Origin: Nitrospirota bacterium
Lineage (GTDB): Bacteria; Nitrospirota; Nitrospiria; SBBL01; JAADHI01
Direction of reading: 5' to 3'
Assembly: GCA_029261195.1 (NCBI GenBank)
Contig: JAJDBU010000028.1
Location: 2,650-66,649, forward strand
DNA length: 64,000 bases
The notes beneath the pieces were generated by a model. That model saw only the letters and a program-made list of their open reading frames with translations, did no database searches and had not been told where the DNA came from. The position numbers were made by a program, and so were the translations under genes. Within the stretch, counting starts at the first letter, position 1; each line of letters starts with the position of its first letter. Shown here in pieces: positions 54,101 to 61,447 of the stretch.

Positions 54101-54654
54101 TCTAATTTTCTGAGGGCCTCTGCTTTTCTCAGGCGATATTTCGCAATGCCTGCGGCCTCTTCGACAATTTCCCGGCGTTGCATCGGGGAAGCCGTAATCA
54201 TTTCATCCACTCGACCCTGCTCAATGATGGTGTGGGCCTTGTAGCCTGCTCCGGTGTCAATGAGCAGGTCACGAATGTCTTTGAGACGGCAGGGCATTTT
54301 ATTGATCAGGTAATCGCTTTCGCCGGAACGATAGAGGCGTCGGCAGAGCGTCAATTCGCCGTAGGGCGTGTAGGGCGGCGGGAGTTCTTTGGCAATGTCT
54401 CCAATCGTCAAGGCAACCTCAGCCACAGAAAGCGATTTTCTGGCCTCCGTACCACTAAAGATCACATCCTCCATCCGATCGCCTCGTAGGTTTTTTGGGC
54501 TTTGCTCACCCATCACCCAGAGGATGGCATCGGAAAGGTTACTTTTACCGCAACCATTCGGGCCGACAATGCCGTTAATCCCAGGCCGGAAGCTGACTAC
54601 GGTTTTGTCGAAAAAGGACTTAAAACCAAAGAGTTCTAATTTTTTGAGTCGCAT
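51124..54654 (-). CDS. smc: Chromosome partition protein Smc
   Basis: ATG at 54654 gives MRLKKLELFGFKSFFDKT...GPNGCGKSNLSDA (Walker A). Long coiled coils with a hinge region. Signature LSGGEKALTA. Walker B LLDEIDAPLDE. Confidence 0.95.
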   Translation of the reverse strand: MRLKKLELFGFKSFFDKTVVSFRPGINGIVGPNGCGKSNLSDAILWVMGEQSPKNLRGDRMEDVIFSGTEARKSLSVAEVALTIGDIAKELPPPYTPYGELTLCRRLYRSGESDYLINKMPCRLKDIRDLLIDTGAGYKAHTIIEQGRVDEMITASPMQRREIVEEAAGIAKYRLRKAEALRKLESTERNLVRVRDIIAEVKRQRGGLDRQARKAEQYKQLQETLQKMECRLAHREWSEWKQSDAALLEKEVKLNDLSARLASDLASLELKQTEAKLALTQKNEDLDAAQQKVSEIEGGIARLEGRIQTLHAQRTEWLASQAQSDQEISKIKEGQQTLEDEDCVLTQSAEEIKAVLPENEDLLAKNEAAIAVLEGDIGKKSMALDQGKARHFDLISKLTTSKNNLTHFQARKEDLHRLKERAELERGKISTQSEASSTSLRQLQAQSGEMAKQVLEKREAQRKASELKLKTEESISHLGAEILSLKEALAGAKAQAASVKRFYQGVLEKKDDGENPLLELSGLQGMLADFIEVPATYERAIEALLQSRLRGLVVKDHAEIKLGLSLIAQMSLGRAAFFPSKIRSDQDKKAVSVSGEGLIGAARELIGFRKGYEEMAEALLGGVYLVSDLEAAMALWKTHPEVETWLSLQGEALDRFGVVVGGSTGGKSILEEKRELLTLSEQIDGLNAKMDLTEQEIEAARRLLQTTVSEIDGLNEDIRLAELEQLKRENDQNRLSSELERLEEALETLNFELKENTFEEEELIQKEEAEKLSIIETGRLKEEKEAELEQQRTALAEMRQQQLLQNEELMRLRMLTNSLKEKRSHIQEKRDRIAREKSALQQRFIEKTAFHSGLQEKLLACAVDEKELTATIEQQSQERDIHATEIRKHQEIQAELISTTQNLEHEGAILQKESKRCEEDLQKVALKKVEASMNCQRIEEEITHRYQIIISEYSSPEAEDLPDEATEEQAAILRQKLGALGTVNMAAIEEYSELDTRFQFLNTQESDLNQSIEGLREVINKINKTTRSLFVETFHLLNEKFAEVFTSFFGGGTAQLVLLDPAQPLESGIELVAQLPGKGDRKITLLSGGEKALTAISLLFATFLIHPTPFCLLDEIDAPLDEENTRRFTQTLLKMSDKTQFIVVTHNKLSMEIADVLYGVTMEETGISKLVSVNLD

Positions 54655-54750
54655 CGCTAGGCCTCTCTCCTGCCAAAAAAATCGGCTGTTACATAGCATA
54701 AGGACAATGCCTTGTAAAACAGAAGAATCAATTCAGGCCTTCTCCGATCC

Positions 54751-55935
54751 TTACACAGATAAACCGGCGCAGTGACCCGAAGACCAGGCCCACTGAAAAT
54801 TGTATCCACCTAACCAGCCAGTCACATCCAGCACTTCTCCAATAAAATAAAGGCCGGGAACAGACTTGGTTTCAAAACTTTTTGAAGACAGAGCATCGGT
54901 ATCCACCCCGCCAGCCGTCACTTCTGCGATGCGGTATCCCCCAGTGCCGGAGGGGATGAGTGTCCACTGCTGGAAATGTTGAGTAATCGTCGTGATTTCT
55001 CGCTGACTGTATTGTTTCAGGGCTTTGTTGTCGGCAATTAAAGCAAGCCATTGTCCGGCCAGTCGTGAGGGAAGCTGTTCCGCCAGCAGGGTTTTCAGCC
55101 TGAGTTCCGGGTGCTGCTTTCGCCGCTCTGCAATGCTTTCAGCCAGATTCATATTGGGAAGCAGGTTGATTTGCATGGTCTCTCCCGGATGCCAGTAATT
55201 CGAAATCTGTAAAATCGCCGGACCGCTCAAGCCTTTGTGGGTCATCAGCATGGCCTCGTGGAAAGTTTGTCCATTGCATGAAACTGAAACCTCGGTAGCG
55301 CTTCCGGAAAGCCCGTCGATTTTTTTTAAATCCGGAGCATCCAGCTTGAGAGAAACGAGTGCGGGTCGACAGGATGTGACATTCAATCCAAACTGCTTTG
55401 CGAGTTTATATCCAAAATCACTCGCCCCGATTTTCGCGTAGGACAGACCCCCTGTCGCAACGACGAGAGATTCACAATGAAACTGACCCAAAGAGGTTTT
55501 GAGTTTAAAAAGGCCCTGTTTCTCAATTTTTTCAATGCGGCAGTTCGTTTTGATTTCAACCTGATCGATCCGGCATTCTCTCAACAGCATATTGAGTATT
55601 TCACTGGACCGTCCAGAACAGAAGAGCTGCCCGGATTTTTTTTCGTAATAAGGTATTTTATGCCTTTCTACCATGTCGATGAAGGCTTCCGGTCCAAAAC
55701 GGCTGAGTGCTGATTTGCAAAAATGGGGATTTTGAGAAAGGTAATTTTCTGCTTTAACGCTTAGATTGGTGAAATTGCAGCGTCCTCCGCCGGAGATGAG
55801 AATTTTCTTTCCAATGGTCTGTGCATGGTCTAAAAGCAGGACAGATCTTCCGCGCTGTGCTGCAGTGAGCGCACACATCAATCCAGCCGCTCCTGCGCCG
55901 ATCACGGTGACATCTTTTGAGGGGGTAAGAGGCAT
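54751..55935 (-). CDS. HI0933/YhiN-family FAD-dependent oxidoreductase
   Basis: 394-aa ORF. VTVIGAGAAGLMCA dinucleotide-binding motif, ISGGGRCNFTN, and C-terminal GEVLDVTGWLGGYNFQWAWSSG. Confidence 0.88.
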   Translation of the reverse strand: MPLTPSKDVTVIGAGAAGLMCALTAAQRGRSVLLLDHAQTIGKKILISGGGRCNFTNLSVKAENYLSQNPHFCKSALSRFGPEAFIDMVERHKIPYYEKKSGQLFCSGRSSEILNMLLRECRIDQVEIKTNCRIEKIEKQGLFKLKTSLGQFHCESLVVATGGLSYAKIGASDFGYKLAKQFGLNVTSCRPALVSLKLDAPDLKKIDGLSGSATEVSVSCNGQTFHEAMLMTHKGLSGPAILQISNYWHPGETMQINLLPNMNLAESIAERRKQHPELRLKTLLAEQLPSRLAGQWLALIADNKALKQYSQREITTITQHFQQWTLIPSGTGGYRIAEVTAGGVDTDALSSKSFETKSVPGLYFIGEVLDVTGWLGGYNFQWAWSSGHCAGLSV

Positions 55936-56153
55936 TATTGCAGCAGAGATTAATCGTGAAGTTGAAGCAGAATATAGCTGCTAATACGAGGGAAAGGCAA
56001 GGAGACTTTTTTACTATAAACCTTTTTCAGGGATTTAAAATCTGACGAACAAAAGACTTGCCTCCTGATCTTGCCTTTCGATAGAGTGAGCGATATAAAG
56101 TGAAGCGCATCCGGTAATTTGTTCAAATTAAATCTGACCAGGAGGATTGACTC

Positions 56154-56456
56154 GTGAATCGAAAATCACTCTCCCGTTTGTTCATTGCCTTTTTTTTCTT
56201 TTTTTTAGTCGAAGGCTGTATCTATTCCAGTGTGCAGAGTCCTCTGGATACTGATTTTGACAAAACCACAATGGGAACAAAAATTGGCGAGTCTCATTTC
56301 CAATCCCTGCTCTGGCTCGTTGCGTGGGGGGATGCCGGAAGCAAGGCGGCAGCAGATAACGGCGGCATTACAACCATTCACCATGCGGATGTTCATGTCA
56401 AAACGGTTTTATTCGGTCTTTACTCTCGCGTCACGACGGTCGTCTATGGGGATTAA
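56154..56456 (+). CDS. TRL-like lipoprotein
   Basis: GTG start 8 nt after AGGAGG. Lipobox (FFFFLVEGC). ...GDAGSKAAADNGGITTIHHADVHVKTVLFGLYSRVTTVVYGD matches the TRL-family C-terminus as I remember it. Confidence 0.7.
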   Translation: MNRKSLSRLFIAFFFFFLVEGCIYSSVQSPLDTDFDKTTMGTKIGESHFQSLLWLVAWGDAGSKAAADNGGITTIHHADVHVKTVLFGLYSRVTTVVYGD

Positions 56457-56778
56457 AGCGCTCGCCCTTTTTATTGTTTTACTCGCACTGAGCGCTTGTT
56501 CCCGTATTGGGCCAGGCCTGATCTACACAAACATTATTCGGCCCTATTCAAGAGATTTTACGAACACGGCGGCCGGAAGCAAGCGCGTCGTACTTGACGA
56601 ATACAGTCTCAGGGAACCTGTGAGCGGTTTTGGCCTCTCAGTCGAATGGAGCAAAGATCGCCTCCGTTCCGAGGCACAAAAAGTCGGAATGACCCACATC
56701 TCCCACGTCGAGCAACAAATGATCAGCGTTCTATTGGGCATCTACAGTAAACGCAGCTTGATCATCTATGGTGATTAG
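56446..56778 (+). CDS. TRL-like lipoprotein, second tandem copy
   Basis: ATG at 56446 gives MGIKALALFIVLLALSAC (lipobox). Ends ...VGMTHISHVEQQMISVLLGIYSKRSLIIYGD, parallel to the first copy. Overlaps the first copy by 11 nt. Confidence 0.65.
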   Translation: MGIKALALFIVLLALSACSRIGPGLIYTNIIRPYSRDFTNTAAGSKRVVLDEYSLREPVSGFGLSVEWSKDRLRSEAQKVGMTHISHVEQQMISVLLGIYSKRSLIIYGD

Positions 56779-57319
56779 CCCGACCCTTGAAGCTATGCGG
56801 CAGGACAAGTATTCTGTGACAAAAAACAAAAGCCTCGGACTCAAATGTGCGGTAGCCGTCGCGACTGCGGGTGGCCTTGGCTATTTCCCCGTTTTTCCGG
56901 GGACGATCGGCAGTTTACTCGGGCTGTTTCTTTATTATCCGCTTCGACATCTATCGATTCCAATCTACCTGATATTTCTCATCGTCCTCTTTGGCATCGG
57001 CGTCTACAGTTCCAGCCTTTCTGAGTCCTTTTTTAAGAAAAAAGACTCCGGTCACATTATTATTGATGAAATCCACGCGATGCTCTTGATCTCCTTTTTT
57101 ATCCCGCAAACCCCGACTTGGTGGATCGCCGGTTTCATCGTCTTTCGGTTTTTTGATATACGAAAACCTTATCCGATTCGTCTCTTTGAAAAGCTCCCCG
57201 CGGGTTGGGGCGTGATGATGGATGATTTCATCGCCGCCCTCTACGGACTCGCCCTGCTTCACTTGATTCGTTTGGGTCTGAATCTTGGCGGCTGGACACT
57301 TGCGCAAACTTCAGTGTGA
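56768..57319 (+). CDS. pgpA: Phosphatidylglycerophosphatase A
   Basis: GLGYFPVFPGTIGSLLGL ... HIIIDEI ... FRFFDIRKPYPI. The start is uncertain (56768 or 56795). Confidence 0.85.
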   Translation: MVISPTLEAMRQDKYSVTKNKSLGLKCAVAVATAGGLGYFPVFPGTIGSLLGLFLYYPLRHLSIPIYLIFLIVLFGIGVYSSSLSESFFKKKDSGHIIIDEIHAMLLISFFIPQTPTWWIAGFIVFRFFDIRKPYPIRLFEKLPAGWGVMMDDFIAALYGLALLHLIRLGLNLGGWTLAQTSV

Positions 57320-57341
57320 TGTCGAAGGTGAAGGGATCGTA

Positions 57342-57827
57342 ATGGAAACCATGGAAACACTTGTCGGCAAACACCTTGCTAAAAGGGGACAAACAATCGC
57401 CGTCGCTGAATCGTGTACGGGTGGGCGAATTGCGAGTCGTTTAACGGCCGTCCCCGGATGCTCGCTCTATTTTGAATCGGCTTGCGTCACTTACAGTAAT
57501 GCATCAAAAATACGGCTCTTGGGTGTTTCGGCCTCACTTATTGATGGAAAGGGAGCAGTGAGCCCGGAGGTTGCTACTTCAATGGCAGAGGGGATTCGAA
57601 GGCGAGAAGGGGTTGATTTTGCCTTGGCTGTCACCGGCATTGCAGGCCCTGAAGGTGGCAGCGCCGAAAAACCGGTCGGTCTGGTTTACATCGCGTTGGC
57701 AGACGCAAAACAGACACAAGTTGCTGAACACTGTTTTGATGGCAATCGTGAAGACATACAGTCTGCCGCCACAAAAAAAGCACTTGAGATACTTGAGCAT
57801 AGGCTGAACCCAGCGGAACAATCGTAA
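57342..57827 (+). CDS. cinA: CinA C-terminal-domain protein (nicotinamide-nucleotide amidohydrolase PncC-like)
   Basis: ATG at 57342. IAVAESCTGGRIASRLTAVPGCSLYFESACVTYSNASK ... ALAVTGIAGPEGG...KPVGLVYIAL. Confidence 0.88.
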   Translation: METMETLVGKHLAKRGQTIAVAESCTGGRIASRLTAVPGCSLYFESACVTYSNASKIRLLGVSASLIDGKGAVSPEVATSMAEGIRRREGVDFALAVTGIAGPEGGSAEKPVGLVYIALADAKQTQVAEHCFDGNREDIQSAATKKALEILEHRLNPAEQS

Positions 57828-57846
57828 CGCTGGAAAGCATTCCAGA

Positions 57847-57990
57847 GTGAACACCCTGCGTCTTTTTATCGCATTTCCTGTTTCTGAAGAAAAGCCACGA
57901 TGAGGCTTCCAAAAATATACCGGCTCTGTTGGAAAATATCGCTCATTGTGCCGGACCGTTTAGTCTCCGCTTTGACCCCATTCCGCCTGA
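57847..57990 (+). pseudogene. Possible relic of RNA 2',3'-cyclic phosphodiesterase ThpR (LigT)
   Basis: GTG NTLRLFIAFPVSEEKPR* matches the characteristic ThpR N-terminus (MRLFIAxxLP). After a +1 shift the sequence reads ...LLENIAHCAGPFSLRFDPIPPDSF..., which resembles the second half-site region. cinA-thpR adjacency is common. The evidence is weak and short. Confidence 0.35.
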
Positions 57991-58124
57991 TTCTTTTTCA
58001 AACCGCTCAAAAGAAATAGTGATATTTTTTTGAGTTTCTTCCGATATTAGATAAATTCTACTTGACTTTCCCTCAAATTTGGGAATATAACCCCAAATTG
58101 GAGCTTACTCACGATAAACCTAGA

Positions 58125-59516
58125 ATGAGGGCTACTATGATTTCTGAAAAAAGATATTCAATTTTAAAAGAATGCAAACTTAAAATAACAAGAATACTCT
58201 TCGTCACGCTTCTCTTTACAGCCCATTTTCTATATTCGACCTTGGCGGCCCATGGAGCCACCATACAAGAGGTTGAGGCGCTTGCGCTTTCGGGCAATCA
58301 CGAGGCCGCCGAGGCCGCTTACGACAAACTGCTTCAGGACAACCCCGATCACCTCAAGGCACGTCTCGGTCGTGCGCATGTTCGGTCTTGGAGAAGGCGC
58401 CATAAATTAGCGCAAAGCGATTTTCTGGTCTTCCTCAAAGTTCACCCGAAGAACAGCGATGCACTTGTCGGTCTTGCTTACAGCTATGCTTGGTCGGAGG
58501 ATCATGATCATGCGGAACTACGCTTTCAGGAAGCCCTCCGAGTAGATCCTTCAAGGATAGATGCCAAAAAAGGCGCCGCCTTCAATGCTTTGTGGGCAGG
58601 AAAAACCAAAGAGGCTATCTTACGTTTTCAAATGATCACCCGAGATACTCCTGAGGACGCTGAGGCGATTGTCGGGCTTGGCCACGCCTTACTTGCAGCC
58701 GACAATGCGGTCGAAGCGAAAAAGGCCTTTCAGGAAGCGCTCAGCCTAGCGCCTAGGAACATAGGTGCGCGCCAAGGGCTAGACGCAGTTCGTCATTTGC
58801 CACCCAATTTCGATGCAAGCCTTTGGGTCGGACACACCTCCCATGGGGGTGGAACCGGTCTTCGGACGCTTGAAATTTCAGGATTGCTCAAGCGAGACCT
58901 GCGTCTCTGGGCCCGTTATGACAATGCCCTGAGCCTGGACAACCCAGGCCTGGTCAGGGAAGGAAGAAAAATTCCCTCTTATTTTGTCGGGGCTCTGACA
59001 AATTGGGGGGGGAATTACACAACACGTCTTGAGATCGGGACGCGTGAGCTTCGTGACAACATTTCCCAGGATCTCTACCAAGGGGAACATGTTGTCTATC
59101 TTCCCAAGGCCTATTCAGTAAAGTTCGGGGGATTTCTTGGACCGAAAGAAAATGACGGTACGGATTGGAACGTTTATACCGGGATTAGAATCCCTTTGAA
59201 GTCGGCACTCGACCTTTCTCCTACGGTTTATTACACAAAGACCGGCGGGATTGACGAAACCGAATGGAGGATTCTTATTCCAGTGGAATACCGTTTCCTG
59301 GATGGATGGCGTGCTAGCGTCCATCCGCTCCTCGGAGAGGTAAAGAGTGTTATCCCGAGTGCCTCCGGAGCGGTATGGGGCCTTAGTACGCTCATCTCTG
59401 TTCCGTTTCGTCAGGATCATGAGGGACATCTCTTGATCCGCCATGAGGTGCCGGCCAGCGCCCGAGCATTTACGATCATCGCCTTGGGTTTCACTTTTAA
59501 GCTGGGGAGGGATTAA
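58125..59516 (+). CDS. TPR-repeat protein with C-terminal beta-barrel-like domain (putative outer-membrane polysaccharide export component)
   Basis: ATG at 58125 (the track begins at TTG 58062). Signal-like segment ILFVTLLFTAHFLYSTLAAHG. About 4-5 TPR units (EAAYDKLLQDNPDHLKARLGRAHV..., FQEALRVDPSRIDA..., FQEALSLAPRNIGA...). The last ~240 aa have alternating hydrophobic beta-strand periodicity and end ALGFTFKLGRD. Confidence 0.6.
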   Translation: MRATMISEKRYSILKECKLKITRILFVTLLFTAHFLYSTLAAHGATIQEVEALALSGNHEAAEAAYDKLLQDNPDHLKARLGRAHVRSWRRRHKLAQSDFLVFLKVHPKNSDALVGLAYSYAWSEDHDHAELRFQEALRVDPSRIDAKKGAAFNALWAGKTKEAILRFQMITRDTPEDAEAIVGLGHALLAADNAVEAKKAFQEALSLAPRNIGARQGLDAVRHLPPNFDASLWVGHTSHGGGTGLRTLEISGLLKRDLRLWARYDNALSLDNPGLVREGRKIPSYFVGALTNWGGNYTTRLEIGTRELRDNISQDLYQGEHVVYLPKAYSVKFGGFLGPKENDGTDWNVYTGIRIPLKSALDLSPTVYYTKTGGIDETEWRILIPVEYRFLDGWRASVHPLLGEVKSVIPSASGAVWGLSTLISVPFRQDHEGHLLIRHEVPASARAFTIIALGFTFKLGRD

Positions 59517-59519
59517 ACA

Positions 59520-61373
59520 GTGGAATGGCCAATGAAAATAGTTTTAAAAGGCGCTCAGATTCTGAAAGTTAAGAACCGCTCCAACACGCTTACGAAAGAG
59601 AGGGCAAACGCTCCCAGACCAGACTTATTTCTCTTTATTTTTATTTGCTGGTTTACTTCACTGGTCTGGTTCCACCCGCGCCTTTATCAATTGCTCGATA
59701 TGGCGCAGGGAGCCTTGCAAACAGCTTCTCTCGGCTTTTTTATTGTTTTTATCGAGCTGGCATGGCTGTACGGTTTCTACAATATCGGTGTGATCATCTT
59801 TGCGCTGATTTACAGGTGGTCTCACCCCGTTCACAGGAATGACGAGGAAGCGCCTTGCAGCCCGATTCAAGCTCCCCCTGCGGTTGCACTTCTCTACACA
59901 ACCTGCAACGATTTTGTCGAAGAGAGCGCCCGATCATGTGTTCAGCAAAATTACCCTGACTACACGGTCTACATTCTGGACGATAGTGCCGATCCCCTGT
60001 ATCGGAGCCGAGTGGATCGCTTTGCGGCATTATATCCCGGGCAGGTTCGTGTGGTAAGACGCGCCAACCGGAAGGGGTTTAAGGCCGGGAATCTAAACCA
60101 TGCCCTCGCCGGGACTGCCTCCAGTCAGTCGGTTTTTGCCCTCGCTGATGCCGATGAAATCTTGCCGCCGGATTTCTTGAGTCGGCTCGTCCCGCGCCTT
60201 TTAAAAGATCCCTCCTGCGGTTTTATTCAGGCCAATCACAGGTTTAATCGGCACAATGCCAGCCTTCTTCCAAAAGCCATGGGGGATGGCGTTGACATCC
60301 ATTGGCGTTGGTACCAGCCCCTACGCAACAAATACGGATTTGTGATGCTGCTGGGACATGGTGCGGTCTTGCGCCGTGAGGCCTGGGAAGCGGTCGGTGG
60401 TTTTCCGGAATTGGTCAGTGAAGATCTTGCCTATGCCCTACACCTAAGAGAGATCGGTTGGAAAGGTGTCTTTGCAGAAGATATGATCTGCTATGAAGAT
60501 TTTCCAGAGTCGATTAAGGCCTTTCGTATCCGCTATATGAAATGGACGCGTGGAACATGTGAACTATTATCCAGGGAGTTTGGAAAGATCATTCTTAGCA
60601 AGAGGATTTCCTTTTCGGAGAAATGTGATGTCTTGTTGCCCACGCTGAACCTGCCCCTCTCTATGTGCTATTTTTTGTTCATGATCAATGCCAACCTGGT
60701 GATTCCCATGCTATTCGGCAGTCCGAGACCATTGACCCTGAGTATTGCGGGAAGTGAGTATATCCTTCCATTACGAGGTCTTAATGCAGGTTTTGAAGCG
60801 GTCTACAGCTTGGACTTTTTTCTCATTACCCTGCTCACGCTGATTGCTCCCATTCTCTGCTTTATTATCGAATTGGGCACAAAGCCCTTGCGATTATTCC
60901 GGTTCCTTTGCCGTAGCACCACAATTTACGCTGCCCTCGGCCCCTTAGCGTCGCTTGGGGTTTTTTCCTACTGCGTGACAGGAAAAGCAACTTTTCTCGT
61001 CACTGGCGATCAGAGCAATGAGCGGGCTTACAATGCAGGAGCAAAGCCTGTGTCCTTGTACCGAAACATTCAAAACAACCTAAAAAAAATGTTCTTGGAA
61101 AGCCACCCCAGCCATACGATCGTTCAGGTCTTTGAAGGGCTATGCGGCCTCTCCTTTGCTGCCGCAGCCATCTTCCTGGTCAACATTTCTTTTCTCGGCT
61201 TAGCGATCGCCTTTTTATTGCAACCGATGATGCACAGGGTTTCCTGGGAAAATCCAATAGTCCAGTACTTGGTGTACCTTCCCTTTCTATTTGTCGTAGG
61301 GGGTATTGGTCTCTCCCTGATGGGTCTATTGGGAGTCCAACCGATGTTTTTTGGTTATGGCTTTCATTTCTAA
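59520..61373 (+). CDS. Membrane-embedded processive family-2 glycosyltransferase (cellulose-synthase/OpgH-like)
   Basis: 617-aa ORF. GTG start 8 nt after GGGGAGGG. TM helices flank a GT2 core with YILDDSAD, ALADADEILPPDF, LVSEDLAYALHL and a variant of the Q-x-x-RW motif (FRIRYMKWTRGT). No PilZ motif seen. Confidence 0.8.
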   Translation: MEWPMKIVLKGAQILKVKNRSNTLTKERANAPRPDLFLFIFICWFTSLVWFHPRLYQLLDMAQGALQTASLGFFIVFIELAWLYGFYNIGVIIFALIYRWSHPVHRNDEEAPCSPIQAPPAVALLYTTCNDFVEESARSCVQQNYPDYTVYILDDSADPLYRSRVDRFAALYPGQVRVVRRANRKGFKAGNLNHALAGTASSQSVFALADADEILPPDFLSRLVPRLLKDPSCGFIQANHRFNRHNASLLPKAMGDGVDIHWRWYQPLRNKYGFVMLLGHGAVLRREAWEAVGGFPELVSEDLAYALHLREIGWKGVFAEDMICYEDFPESIKAFRIRYMKWTRGTCELLSREFGKIILSKRISFSEKCDVLLPTLNLPLSMCYFLFMINANLVIPMLFGSPRPLTLSIAGSEYILPLRGLNAGFEAVYSLDFFLITLLTLIAPILCFIIELGTKPLRLFRFLCRSTTIYAALGPLASLGVFSYCVTGKATFLVTGDQSNERAYNAGAKPVSLYRNIQNNLKKMFLESHPSHTIVQVFEGLCGLSFAAAAIFLVNISFLGLAIAFLLQPMMHRVSWENPIVQYLVYLPFLFVVGGIGLSLMGLLGVQPMFFGYGFHF

Positions 61374-61447
61374 GCTTAAAGACATGTCCCTGTTCCTACA
61401 CAAGTGCCGAAACTTGTGTGGACTTCTATGATCCAAAGGGCTGGAGC

